Part shown: positions 1 through 9,011 of the stretch, one piece after another
How the letters are laid out: the number at the start of each line of letters is the position of its first letter
Numbering within the stretch: the first letter of the stretch is position 1
Notes under the pieces: model-generated
Told to the model about the DNA's origin: nothing
Databases searched by the model: none
What the model saw: the letters and a program-made list of their open reading frames with translations, nothing else
Origin: Thermoleophilia bacterium
GTDB taxonomy: Bacteria > Actinomycetota > Thermoleophilia > UBA2241
Length of the DNA: 64,000 bases
Assembly: GCA_040769125.1 (NCBI GenBank)
Contig: JAXGLO010000001.1
Coordinates: 1,259,053 to 1,323,052 of the forward strand
Direction: 5' to 3'
Position numbers and translations under genes: made by a program

Positions 1-891
1 CACTGGTCGGCGACCTTGACATCGGCCTCGTCGGCCGTCGGAGGCGCGTGGGCGACGGTCGGCATCGACGTTTCGGCCAGCGCAGGTCGGGCCCGGCAAA
101 GGCTGCGAGCCGTCGCGGAGCTACGGGCGCAGCCGCCGGCACAAGGCGTCGCGGTCGCCGGCGATGTCACGCTCGGCGCGCCCCTCAGCATATCGGGGAG
201 CGGCCTGTATAGCGGGGGCTCGGTGAGGGGGCGGGAATGGGTTACGTTCGCTCCTTCGGTATCCGGAGCGGCCGGGCCGGATCACGTTCACGGCGAGTCA
301 TGGCCGGTTGCAGGCGTACACGCCCTTGGAGGCATCTGGGCGCACGGCAGTGAAGTACATGAAGTGGACGATGGGCCATACCCGGCAGACACCGACACGC
401 ACACGACGTCCGCAGAGCCCCTTCCGGATCTGCGGCCGCCCGACGCCGCCGCACTGGCCGCCCTTCAGGAGGACGCCCTGCCAGCCGGTGCTGCCCTCGA
501 GAACGATGTGCTCGATCTGGCTCTACTGCCCGACGAGCCACCGTGCCGGGATCCTGCGCCCTCCTTCGGCGGCTACGTCGTCGTGCTCGAGCGAGCTATC
601 GGAGCGCGAGTGAGAGTCGTCGGCCGGCGCGCGGCCAGCGCATGCCCGGTCACACTCGTCCTGGCGAGCGATGCCGAGTTCGGCGCTCAGGGCGCTCCCG
701 TGAAGCTCTCGGGCGCCATTGTGGGCCTGGGCGCCGTCACCATTGCTGGAGATACGCAACTGAATGGGCACCTGTATGCTCGCGGCCTCTCGATTGACGC
801 TCCCTTCAGCGTCGACGTTCCTGTAAGCTGGCGGTTGCGCCCGGCTCCTGGTCTGGCGCTGCCCGTGCTTGTGTCTCTCTACGGACTATGA
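1..891 (+). CDS. Hypothetical protein, 5'-partial (frame open to window edge), upstream of pilM
   Basis: Longest + strand ORF (291 aa from TTG at 16; frame is open back to nt 1). No recognisable family motif. Third-position GC is lower than in neighbouring bona fide genes, so coding status is uncertain. Same strand as the downstream pil operon. Confidence 0.3.
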   Translation, partial: HWSATLTSASSAVGGAWATVGIDVSASAGRARQRLRAVAELRAQPPAQGVAVAGDVTLGAPLSISGSGLYSGGSVRGREWVTFAPSVSGAAGPDHVHGESWPVAGVHALGGIWAHGSEVHEVDDGPYPADTDTHTTSAEPLPDLRPPDAAALAALQEDALPAGAALENDVLDLALLPDEPPCRDPAPSFGGYVVVLERAIGARVRVVGRRAASACPVTLVLASDAEFGAQGAPVKLSGAIVGLGAVTIAGDTQLNGHLYARGLSIDAPFSVDVPVSWRLRPAPGLALPVLVSLYGL

Positions 892-1078
892 GCGTAGGGA
901 ATCGCGATTATTCGCAGTAGAATAGGTATACGGCACGGCAGCTCATGTGAAAGACTACAGCGCAACGGGGTCAAAGGGATCGGCCGTCGGCAGGTGGCCC
1001 AGTCCCTGGGCGTAAGGGCACGGCGCGAGTCTGCTGATAGCGCAGACAGGTGTCGCATCGACACGCGGAGAGGTTGTC

Positions 1079-2182
1079 ATGGCAAAAGGCGAAGTGCGAG
1101 TCGGCATCGATCTCGAGCAGGCGTTTATCGCCGGAGCGCAGATCAAAGGGTCACGCCAGGGCTACGAGCTCACGAATGTCGCCGTGCGCGCTCTGCCCGC
1201 CGGCCTCGTGTTCGAAGGCGAAGTCCTTGACGTCGACGGCCTCGCCGTCGAGCTCAAGGACTTCTGGAAGACCTCCGGCTTCTCGGGCAAGCGCTTTTTT
1301 CTCGGGGTCGCCAACCAGAAGGTCGTGGTCCGTACTATGGAGCTCCCTATCATCGACGAGAAGGAGCTTCGCGCGGCCATCGAGTTCCAGGCCCAGGACT
1401 CTATACCCATTCCACTCGACGAGGCGGTCCTCGACTTTCAAGTGCTGTCCACCATTCCCGACGAAGACGACGGGCCCGGTCGCCAGAGGGTGATGGTCGT
1501 CGCGGCCCAGCGTGAGATGATCCAGCAGTTCGTCGACGTCGCCCGCAAGGCCGGCCTCGGCATCGCCGGCATCGACCTGCAGGCGTGTGCCCTCAGGCGC
1601 TCCGTCTCGCCGCCGGTAGCCTTCATCGATCGCGGTGCGCCGCAGTCCACCGATGCGACGGCCGTCGTCAACATCGGCACCGGTACCACAAACCTCGTTG
1701 TAGCCGCCAACGGGGTGGGCCAGTTCACGCGTGTCGTCAACCTCGGTTGTGAGGTCCTTGTTCAGGCGCTCATGACCAGTCGCGGCATCGAGCACAGCGA
1801 GGCCGATGCCTTGCGGCTGTCCGTCGGGCTGACGGGCAGCAATGCGCCCGCCGTCGATCTCGACGCCTCCGTGGTCGCCGAGATACGCGAGGTCTTCGAC
1901 GCGGCGTGCGAGGTGTTCGCCGACGAAATCCTCCGTTCCATCGACTACTATCACTCGCAGGGGCTCGAGGGACGCATCTCGACCGTGCTGATCAGCGGCG
2001 AGGGTGCACTCACGCGCAACATTGCGGAGTACCTGACGCAGGCGCTGCATCTCGACGTTCAACGCGGTAACGCGCTGCAACACATTCTCGAGAACAAGTC
2101 GAACGTTCCTCAACCGGAGCTCGAGGCCATCTCCCCGCGGCTTGCGATCGCTGTGGGGCTGGCGATAGTCGATGAGGAGTAG
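1079..2182 (+). CDS. pilM: Type IV pilus assembly protein PilM (actin-like ATPase fold)
   Basis: 367 aa. N-terminal 'VGIDLEQAFIAGAQI' and central 'VVNIGTGTTNLVV' actin/FtsA-like motifs typical of PilM. Immediately followed by PilN/PilO-like genes. A GGAGAG-like SD 8 nt upstream of the ATG. Confidence 0.85.
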   Translation: MAKGEVRVGIDLEQAFIAGAQIKGSRQGYELTNVAVRALPAGLVFEGEVLDVDGLAVELKDFWKTSGFSGKRFFLGVANQKVVVRTMELPIIDEKELRAAIEFQAQDSIPIPLDEAVLDFQVLSTIPDEDDGPGRQRVMVVAAQREMIQQFVDVARKAGLGIAGIDLQACALRRSVSPPVAFIDRGAPQSTDATAVVNIGTGTTNLVVAANGVGQFTRVVNLGCEVLVQALMTSRGIEHSEADALRLSVGLTGSNAPAVDLDASVVAEIREVFDAACEVFADEILRSIDYYHSQGLEGRISTVLISGEGALTRNIAEYLTQALHLDVQRGNALQHILENKSNVPQPELEAISPRLAIAVGLAIVDEE

Positions 2183-2188
2183 GCGGCC

Positions 2189-2869
2189 ATGAATCGCATC
2201 AATCTGCTGCCGGGAGAAGCGCGCGCCAAAGCTTCGCGCGAGCGCGGCCTCATTTACATGATCCTCGTCCTCGTCGGCGTGCTGGCAGTTCTGGGCGGTG
2301 TGTATGTCTGGCAGCTCAACACCCAGGGCAACAAGCAGGAGGAGCTGGCCAACATCGACGCCCAATTGCAGGTCGAGCAAGCCAGGCTTGCCGAACTGCA
2401 GCCGTACGCGGCCCTGCAGAGCAAGCGCACCTCCATGACCGAGACGGCGAAGGCCATTTTCGCGGCACGGGTGCCGTGGTCGAGCATTCTTCAGCAGGTC
2501 AGTCTCGTCATCCCGGACAACGTGCGCCTCACGACCCTCACCTGTGCTGTTCCGGCGGCCATGCTGCCCGGTCCGGAAACTGCGGAGGCGGCAGCCGGCA
2601 CAGCGAGTGGGGTCGACATCACGTTTGCCGGAGCCGCCTATACACACAGAGACGTCGCCGAGTTCATGACGCGGCTCGGGCTCATCCCGCAGCTGAGCGA
2701 CGTTCGACTCACGAGCTCGACGGGCGCGGCGAACACTGCTACTACCACTGACTCTGACGCTACCACTACCGACACCAAGAAGACCGTGTCGTTCACGGTA
2801 ACGGCCATGCTCCGACCGTATCTGGCGCCGCCACCCACCACCGTCTTGCAGCAGGAGGGCGGTCAATGA
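2189..2869 (+). CDS. pilN: Type IV pilus assembly protein PilN
   Basis: 226 aa. Begins 'MNRINLLPGE', the PilN hallmark 'INLLP' motif that binds PilM. Single TM helix (LIYMILVLVGVLAVLGGVYVW) then coiled coil. Ala/Thr-rich low-complexity tail. Confidence 0.8.
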   Translation: MNRINLLPGEARAKASRERGLIYMILVLVGVLAVLGGVYVWQLNTQGNKQEELANIDAQLQVEQARLAELQPYAALQSKRTSMTETAKAIFAARVPWSSILQQVSLVIPDNVRLTTLTCAVPAAMLPGPETAEAAAGTASGVDITFAGAAYTHRDVAEFMTRLGLIPQLSDVRLTSSTGAANTATTTDSDATTTDTKKTVSFTVTAMLRPYLAPPPTTVLQQEGGQ

Positions 2870-3609
2870 AGGCACAGGACAAAATGGCCTACATCATGGT
2901 CGGCCTTGTGGCGGCACTCCTGGTGGTTGCCTGGTACTTCCTTCTGCTCAGCCCGATGCGAAGCAGCATCGGCGAGCTGGACGAGCAGATCTCGCAGACC
3001 CAGAGCACGCTCGCGCAGACGCACAACCAGGTCGTCCGTTACGAGGCGTACAAGAAGACGGCGCCGCAGTCGCGCGCCGAGGTCGTGCGGCTCAGCAAGA
3101 TGATCCCCGAAAGCGAGGGCATCCCGTCTTTGATCGTCGAGCTCACGCAGACCGCAAAGGCATCGGGCGTCGAGGTCGTGAGCATCACCAGGGGCGAGAC
3201 CGAGGTCGGCAAGCCGTTCGGGCTGCAGGTGGTCACTCTTGAGGTAACCGGCCGCTACTTCGATGTCGAAGATTTTCTCTACCGCCTGGAGAATTACGTA
3301 GCATCCCGCAACGAGAGTGTGCGCGTTACGGGGCGGCTCCTCCAGGTCACCAATCTCACTCTGGCAGGCTCCACATCGTCTACCGCGACGACCAGCAGCT
3401 CACCGCCGTTGACGGTGTCCATCACGCTGAACGGTTACATGTGGGCGGGCCCCGGCAGCGCTGCCGGGGCCACGACCCCCACGGCGGCGACGCCCACAAC
3501 CGCTACGCCGACAACGCCCACCACCCCCACGCCGACGACGTCTACTTCTGCGACACCGACGACGCCCGCGTCTACGGCACCGACGACGAACACGGGAGGT
3601 GCGCAGTGA
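2866..3609 (+). CDS. pilO: Type IV pilus assembly protein PilO-like, with C-terminal Pro/Thr-rich linker
   Basis: 247 aa. N-terminal TM (MVGLVAALLVVAWYFLLL), coiled coil, PilO-like ferredoxin-like core. 4-bp overlap with pilN. C-terminus is a ~45-aa PT-rich low-complexity tract. Confidence 0.7.
   Translation: MKAQDKMAYIMVGLVAALLVVAWYFLLLSPMRSSIGELDEQISQTQSTLAQTHNQVVRYEAYKKTAPQSRAEVVRLSKMIPESEGIPSLIVELTQTAKASGVEVVSITRGETEVGKPFGLQVVTLEVTGRYFDVEDFLYRLENYVASRNESVRVTGRLLQVTNLTLAGSTSSTATTSSSPPLTVSITLNGYMWAGPGSAAGATTPTAATPTTATPTTPTTPTPTTSTSATPTTPASTAPTTNTGGAQ
3466..3594 (+). repeat. Pro/Thr-codon low-complexity coding repeat (ACG/CCC/ACC-rich) inside the pilO 3' end
   Basis: Sequence 'acgacccccacggcggcgacgcccacaaccgctacgccgacaacgcccaccacccccacgccgacgacg...' encodes ATTPTAATPTTATPTTPTTPTPTTSTSATPTTPASTAPTT. 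Confidence 0.6.
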
Positions 3610-4424
3610 CGCCCCGGCGAACCCTCACCTTCGTGATCATCGCACTGGCGCTCGGCGCATCGCTTGCGCTGGCTGTCGTGCTGACCGGCCCACCTGTGGG
3701 TATGCAGGCGACCGCGCAAGCGGGTACTTCGGCTCCAGGCGTCACGGCAGACGCGCAGGGAACTGCAGAGGCAGACGGCAGCAACGTCGACCCTGTCGCC
3801 GCCGATCCGGCCAGGCAGGAGCCGGTGCTCGACTCCTTCACGGCCAAGGATCCGTTCATCCCGCTGGTCTCGGCGGGTGGGTCATCTGACGACGGCGACA
3901 CGCCGGACGATGGAGACGACAGCACCGCCACGGATTATCAAGCGAAGGTGCTGATCAACGGCTCCGCGTCGACCGTGCAGAAGGGCGACAAGGTGCCCGC
4001 CGGGCATCCCGCCTTCGTAGTCGACGCCATCACATCCAGCGATGTCACGTTCAAGGTCATCAACGGTACGCTTGAGAACGGCGACACCTCGTTTACCGTC
4101 AATCAGGGCGAGCAAACCGAAGTGAGGCTCAAGGGCGGCGCCTACTACAGGATCAAGGTGTCCTCCATATCCAAGGCGGGAGCGTCGGGCGGTGTGACAG
4201 GGCACTCCATCAGCGTACGGAGCATCACGACTCAGGGCGGCAAGGCGGTCGCGACCCTGGAGGTCGACGGCAAGACCTACCCCGACCGGGCGGTCGGGGA
4301 CGTCATCGACACCTCCTGGGGGCAGATCAAGGTTCTCGCAATCGACACCGGCGCCCAGACCGTTACGATCATGCACGGCGACCAGACAATCACCATTCAC
4401 GCTGGCCAGGTGGTCGTCAAGTAG
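3606..4424 (+). CDS. PilP-like pilus assembly protein (membrane-anchored; acidic linker; 'KDPF' motif; two beta-rich C-terminal modules)
   Basis: GTG at 3606 overlaps the pilO stop. N-terminal TM (LTFVIIALALGASLALAVVL). 'TAKDPFIPL' resembles the conserved (R/K)DPF segment of PilP that contacts PilN/PilO. Asp/Gly-rich linker, then a beta-strand-rich domain. The upstream part of ORF 3441..4424 overlaps pilO in another frame, so I rejected it as the start. Confidence 0.45.
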   Translation: MTPRRTLTFVIIALALGASLALAVVLTGPPVGMQATAQAGTSAPGVTADAQGTAEADGSNVDPVAADPARQEPVLDSFTAKDPFIPLVSAGGSSDDGDTPDDGDDSTATDYQAKVLINGSASTVQKGDKVPAGHPAFVVDAITSSDVTFKVINGTLENGDTSFTVNQGEQTEVRLKGGAYYRIKVSSISKAGASGGVTGHSISVRSITTQGGKAVATLEVDGKTYPDRAVGDVIDTSWGQIKVLAIDTGAQTVTIMHGDQTITIHAGQVVVK

Positions 4425-4446
4425 GCCAGAGCGAGAAGGGACTTCT

Positions 4447-4477
4447 GCGACAGGGCGGCCTCGGGTCGCCCTGTCGC
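4447..4477 (+). terminator. GC-rich hairpin (11-bp perfect stem GCGACAGGGCG / CGCCCTGTCGC, 9-nt loop) downstream of the pil operon
   Basis: Seen directly, 23 nt after the stop of the PilP-like gene. No U-tract, as is common for actinobacterial factor-independent terminators. Confidence 0.35.
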
Positions 4478-4545
4478 GTTGCGGTCTCCCGTGCGGCGGT
4501 CTGTCGGTGCTTTTCTGCGACGAGAGCTACCGATAAGGTAGACAC

Positions 4546-5709
4546 ATGAAACGACTGCGCTATCTCACAGCCGGCGAGTCTCACGGGCGGCAGCTTACCG
4601 CGATTCTCGACGGCTGCCCGGCAGGCCTTCAGCTGAGCGCCGTGGACATCGACGCCGAGCTGGCGCGTCGCCAAGGCGGCTACGGCCGCGGCGGCCGCAT
4701 GGCCATCGAGCGAGACCGCGTTGCGGTGGCGGGTGGGGTGCGCTACGGACGTACGACGGGGGCGCCCATCGCTCTTGTCGTGGCCAATCGCGACGCCGCC
4801 AACTGGGGCGAGACGCTGTCGCCGGAGGCGCCGGCCGAGGGAACCGGGGCGGCGCCCGTGCGCATTCCGCGCTCCGGCCACGCCGATCTCGGCGGAGCGC
4901 TTCTCTACGGGCACGACGACATCAGGGACGTCATCGAGCGCGCCAGCGCGAGGGAGACCGCGGCCAAGGTCGCCTGCGGCGCCGTGGCCAAGGCCTTGCT
5001 GGCGAGCATCGGCTGTTCCGTTGCGAGCCACGTTGTAGCCATCGGGGGCGTCGAGGCACGAGGCGACCTCGCGCCGGACGATGTCGCCCGCGTGGAAGCC
5101 GACCCCGTGCGCTGCCTCGACCCTGACGCCGGAGCGCGCATGTGTGCGGCCATCGACGCGGCTCGTCTGGCCGGCGACACGCTGGGAGGTGTCGTCGAGA
5201 TCGTGGCGTTCGGCTATCCCGCCGGAGTCGGCAGTTACGTGCAGGGAGACCGGCGGCTCCAGGCGGCGCTCGCGGCGGCGGTCTTCACGGTGCCGGCGAT
5301 CAAGGGTGTCGAATTCGGCCTGGGCTTCGCAGCCGCGAGCCTGCCCGGCAGCGAGGTTCACGATCCGCTCGGCTTCGAGGCAGGGCGTGGGTACGTGCGC
5401 CGCACCAACAACGCGGGCGGCATCGAAGGTGGTATCTCCACGGGCGAGCGACTCATCATTCGTGCGGCGATGAAGCCCATCGCTACGCTGCGTACGCCGC
5501 TGCCGAGCGTAGAGCTCGGGACACATGCCGCTGTAGACTCCCGCTTCGAGCGCTCGGACGTCTGCGCCGTGCCTGCCGCCGGCGTGGTGCTGGAGGCGGT
5601 GGTCGCGCTGACGCTCGCCGACGCCGCCCTTGAGCGCTTCGGCGGCGCCACGGTCGACGATCTCGCCGCGGCCGTCACGTCGTTCCGCGAGCGATGCGCC
5701 GCGCGATGA
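4546..5709 (+). CDS. aroC: Chorismate synthase
   Basis: 387 aa. 'RYLTAGESHG' N-terminus and 'GRMAIER', 'RSGHADL', 'NNAGGIEGGISTGE' motifs diagnostic of AroC. Confidence 0.95.
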   Translation: MKRLRYLTAGESHGRQLTAILDGCPAGLQLSAVDIDAELARRQGGYGRGGRMAIERDRVAVAGGVRYGRTTGAPIALVVANRDAANWGETLSPEAPAEGTGAAPVRIPRSGHADLGGALLYGHDDIRDVIERASARETAAKVACGAVAKALLASIGCSVASHVVAIGGVEARGDLAPDDVARVEADPVRCLDPDAGARMCAAIDAARLAGDTLGGVVEIVAFGYPAGVGSYVQGDRRLQAALAAAVFTVPAIKGVEFGLGFAAASLPGSEVHDPLGFEAGRGYVRRTNNAGGIEGGISTGERLIIRAAMKPIATLRTPLPSVELGTHAAVDSRFERSDVCAVPAAGVVLEAVVALTLADAALERFGGATVDDLAAAVTSFRERCAAR

Positions 5710-6320
5710 GCTGCGCCGGGGAGACTCTCGTGGGCGGCGCTGAGGACCGGACAGGACGACCTCGGTCGTCGTCGATCATCCTGGTGGGCTTCATGGCGGT
5801 GGGGAAGAGCGCCGTGGGCGGCCTGCTTGCCGAGCGGCTCTCCCTGCCGTTCGTCGACACCGATGAGCTCGTTGAGCGTCGCGAGGGCCCCATCCCGGCG
5901 ATCTTCGAGGAGCGCGGGGAAGACGAATTCCGTCGCGTCGAGCGCGAGGTGACGCTGGAGGCCCTGGCCAGGGCCCAGAAGGCCCCTGTCGTCGTCGCGC
6001 TGGGTGGCGGCGCTGTACTGAGCGACGAGGTGCGCGCCGCCCTCCTTCGGCTGCGGCACGTCATCTGGTTGACGGCTCCGGTCGAGGTTCTCTGGCGGCG
6101 CACGCGTGCAGCCGGAGCCGCGGGCCGACCGCTGGCCGGCGACGAGGCTTCATTCCGCAACCTCTACGAGCGGCGAGCCGCACTGTATCGAGAGGTGGCG
6201 ACGGCCGAGGTCCGCAGCGACGGTTCGCGTCTCGAAGCCGCGGTCGCAGATGAGATCGCCGCACAGGCGCTGGCGGATTTCCGTCCGCGGGTCGGCGCCG
6301 GCGAAGCAGGGCGCCGGTGA
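5706..6320 (+). CDS. aroK: Shikimate kinase
   Basis: Walker A 'GFMAVGKSAVGG' and 'PFVDTDELVE' motifs. ATG at 5706 forms an ATGA overlap with the aroC stop (the ORF track starts it at 5694). Confidence 0.85.
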   Translation: MSCAGETLVGGAEDRTGRPRSSSIILVGFMAVGKSAVGGLLAERLSLPFVDTDELVERREGPIPAIFEERGEDEFRRVEREVTLEALARAQKAPVVVALGGGAVLSDEVRAALLRLRHVIWLTAPVEVLWRRTRAAGAAGRPLAGDEASFRNLYERRAALYREVATAEVRSDGSRLEAAVADEIAAQALADFRPRVGAGEAGRR

Positions 6321-6324
6321 GGGC

Positions 6325-7413
6325 GTGAAGCGCATCCGAGTGACAACGCTTTCACGGCGATACGACGTGCTCGTCGGTCGAGGCTGCCTGGCGCAGCTCG
6401 GTGAGCAGCTCGCCCGGCGCGGGCCCAGGGGGCAGGCGGTGATCGTGTCGGACGATAACGTAGCGCCGCACTACCTTGCGACGGTCAGCGCGAGCCTGGC
6501 GGAGGCCGGCTATGCGACGTCGGAGATCGTCGTCCCGGCCGGTGAGACGCAGAAGACGCTGACGCGAGCGGAGGAGCTCTACGGCGTGCTCTACGATCGA
6601 GGAGTCCGGCGCAACGACACCGTCGTCGCTCTCGGCGGCGGCGTGATCGGCGATCTGGCCGGCTGGGTCGCCGCCACGTACCTGCGCGGCGTCAATCTCG
6701 TGCAGGCGCCGACGACTCTCCTGGCGCAGGTCGACGCGTCCATCGGAGGCAAGACGGCCGTCGATTTTCGCTTCGGCAAGAACTACGTCGGTACGTTCTA
6801 TCAGCCGATTCTCGTGATGGCCGATCTCGACACGCTGGCGACGCTTCCGGCGCGCGAGCTACGGAGCGGCGCCGCCGAAGTGGCCAAGTACGGCCTCTTC
6901 GCCGGCGGGCGTCTGCTGGCGTGCGTCGAGCAGCTTGCGCGCGCGCCACTCGCCGCCTCCCGCGTGAGCATCGAGCTGGTGGCCGGCTGTGCAGCCAGCA
7001 AGGCTGAGGTCGTGTCGTCCGACGAGCGCGATGAAGGGGGCGGCCGCGCGGTTCTCAACTTCGGGCATACCATCGGACACGCGATCGAGGCGGCGACCGG
7101 CTTCACTCGTTACTCACACGGCGAGGCCGTAGGGCTCGGTCTGCGTGCGGCTCTGCGCCTCTCCAGTGGAGTCTGCGGGCTGTCGCCCGATCAGGAGGCA
7201 GGCGGTTTGGCGCTGCTCGACCGTCTCGGCCTGCCTCAGACCTTCACGGGCACTACTGTGGCCGATGTCTGCGACCTCGTGAAGCGCGACAAGAAGGGCC
7301 ACTCCGGAGGCGTCGGGTACGTTCTGCTGGAGGCGCTGGGCCAGCCGGTGCTCGATGTGACGGTTCCGCCGGATCTGCAGAGGGAGGCGGTGGAGTGGCT
7401 GTACGCGCGTTGA
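6325..7413 (+). CDS. aroB: 3-dehydroquinate synthase
   Basis: 'GGGVIGDLAGWVAATYLRGVNLVQAPTTLLAQVDASIGGKTAV' and 'NFGHTIGHAIE' motifs. The first in-frame start after the aroK stop is GTG 6325; the ORF track's upstream extension from 6106 overlaps aroK. Confidence 0.9.
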   Translation: MKRIRVTTLSRRYDVLVGRGCLAQLGEQLARRGPRGQAVIVSDDNVAPHYLATVSASLAEAGYATSEIVVPAGETQKTLTRAEELYGVLYDRGVRRNDTVVALGGGVIGDLAGWVAATYLRGVNLVQAPTTLLAQVDASIGGKTAVDFRFGKNYVGTFYQPILVMADLDTLATLPARELRSGAAEVAKYGLFAGGRLLACVEQLARAPLAASRVSIELVAGCAASKAEVVSSDERDEGGGRAVLNFGHTIGHAIEAATGFTRYSHGEAVGLGLRAALRLSSGVCGLSPDQEAGGLALLDRLGLPQTFTGTTVADVCDLVKRDKKGHSGGVGYVLLEALGQPVLDVTVPPDLQREAVEWLYAR

Positions 7414-7859
7414 GGACGCTCTGGCTCCTGCACGGCGTCAATCTGGATATGCTCGGATGCCGCGATCCCGAGCAGTACGGCACCCTGACCCTGGCTGAGC
7501 TGGAGGCGCGCGTCACCGCTCGGGGAGCTGTGCTCGGCTTCGACGTCCGCTGCTTCCAGACCAACCATGAGGGCGCGCTCGTCGAGAAGCTGCACGAGAT
7601 CGCCGAGGAGGGCGCCGGCGCCGTCATCATTAACCCGGGTGCCTGGACCCACTACAGCTACGCGATCCATGACGCCCTCGAGCTCATTACCGCACCGGTC
7701 GCGGAGGTGCACCTCTCGGATATCGAGAAGCGCGAGGAGTGGCGGCGTCACTCGGTCATCGCCGACCTCGCCGCCGTGAGGATTAGCGGCAAGGGAGTCA
7801 AGGGATACGAAGAGGCTCTGGAGGCGCTGGCGAGGCTCCGGCCTGCCTCCACTTCGTGA
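7395..7859 (+). CDS. aroQ: 3-dehydroquinate dehydratase, type II
   Basis: 'LLHGVNLDMLG...NHEGALVEKLHE...IINPGAWTHYS' is the type II DHQase signature. The real start may be TTG 7410, overlapping the aroB stop. Confidence 0.9.
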   Translation: MAVRALRTLWLLHGVNLDMLGCRDPEQYGTLTLAELEARVTARGAVLGFDVRCFQTNHEGALVEKLHEIAEEGAGAVIINPGAWTHYSYAIHDALELITAPVAEVHLSDIEKREEWRRHSVIADLAAVRISGKGVKGYEEALEALARLRPASTS

Positions 7860-8932
7860 TGGTTCGGCTCGCCGCCTGCCGCACGCTGCTCGATGAACTG
7901 AGCCTCGACGCGATCCTGGTGAGCGACGCCACCGACGTTCGCTATCTCTCCGGCTTCCGCGGAGAAGACGCGGCCCTCGTCGTGGGCCGCGACCTGGCGC
8001 TGATCTGCACCGACTTCCGGTACCTGGAGCAGGCACGAGAGGAGGCTCCGCAGTTCGCTCTGGAGCGCTCCGAGGGCGGCCTCCTGGGCGATGCGGTTGC
8101 GGCCGTCAGACGACGACTGGGACGCGGTGCGGCGCTCGGGTGCCAGGGCGCACAGGTGAGCTACGCGCAGTATCGCAGCCTGCGACGCCGCCACGACGGG
8201 CGCCTGTGCGACGTCGGCGATCGTGTGGCGCGGCTGCGCGCCGTCAAGGACGCCGGCGAGATCGCGATCATGCGCCGCGCGGCGGCCGTAACGGACGAGG
8301 CGCTCGCGGCGGTCGTGGCCGAAGGCCTGATCGGCCGCCGCGAGCGCGACGTCGCCTGGGATCTCCTGGCCGCCTATCACAGCCTCGGCGCTGAGGGCGA
8401 AGCCTTCCCGGCCATCGTCGCCGCCGGGGCTCACGGCGCCCAGGCACACGCTATTCCCGGCGAGCGCGTCATCGCCGCCGGGGATCTGGTGGTGATCGAC
8501 ACGGGCGCACGCGTCGACGGGTACTGCAGCGACATCACACGCACGTACGCCGCAGGGGAACCTTCAGCCGAGACGCGTCGTATCTACGACGTGGTTCTGG
8601 CCGCGCAGATCGCCGGCCTCGCGGCGGTACGGCCGGGCGCTCACGGCAGCCGGGACGTCGATGCGGCCTGCCGCGAGGTGATCGGCGCGGCAGGGTATGG
8701 AGAGCACTTCGGGCATGGGACCGGCCACGGGGTGGGGCTGCTCGTCCACGAGGCCCCGTCGCTGGGCCGCACCCGCGGCGACCTGCTCGCCGCGGGCATG
8801 GTCTGCACCGTGGAGCCCGGGATCTACGTAGACGGGCTCTGCGGCGTGCGTATCGAGGACACGGTGCTCGTCACGGCAAACGGGTGCGAGCGCCTCACCA
8901 GGCTGCCCAAAGAGCTGACGGTCGTGGCCTGA
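7856..8932 (+). CDS. pepQ: Xaa-Pro peptidase, M24 family (PepQ/PepP-like)
   Basis: Creatinase-N-like N-terminus. C-terminal pita-bread fold with metal ligands 'VIDTGARVDGYCSDITRT', 'HGTGHGVGL', 'EPGIY'. Conserved aroQ-pepQ-efp order as in Mycobacterium. Confidence 0.85.
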   Translation: MMVRLAACRTLLDELSLDAILVSDATDVRYLSGFRGEDAALVVGRDLALICTDFRYLEQAREEAPQFALERSEGGLLGDAVAAVRRRLGRGAALGCQGAQVSYAQYRSLRRRHDGRLCDVGDRVARLRAVKDAGEIAIMRRAAAVTDEALAAVVAEGLIGRRERDVAWDLLAAYHSLGAEGEAFPAIVAAGAHGAQAHAIPGERVIAAGDLVVIDTGARVDGYCSDITRTYAAGEPSAETRRIYDVVLAAQIAGLAAVRPGAHGSRDVDAACREVIGAAGYGEHFGHGTGHGVGLLVHEAPSLGRTRGDLLAAGMVCTVEPGIYVDGLCGVRIEDTVLVTANGCERLTRLPKELTVVA

Positions 8933-9011
8933 TCTCCGCGCTACCCGGCCTCGCGGGGTTCCTGTATCATAAAGCGCTGATTCCATATTCACGAGCTTCG
9001 AACAGGACGAA

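Noticed and set aside
1151-2875. 574-aa minus-strand ORF opposite pilM/pilN, and similar long antisense ORFs (16437-17747, 24067-25803, 27117-28586, 33970-35580, 35993-37516, 41714-43168, 46436-47893)
   Set aside because: All overlap confidently identified + strand genes across their full length and have low-complexity R/A/G-rich translations. They are typical high-GC shadow ORFs.
3441-3605. Upstream part of ORF 3441..4424
   Set aside because: It overlaps the pilO PT-rich tail in another frame. A GTG at 3606 overlapping the pilO stop, followed directly by the TM helix, is the plausible start.
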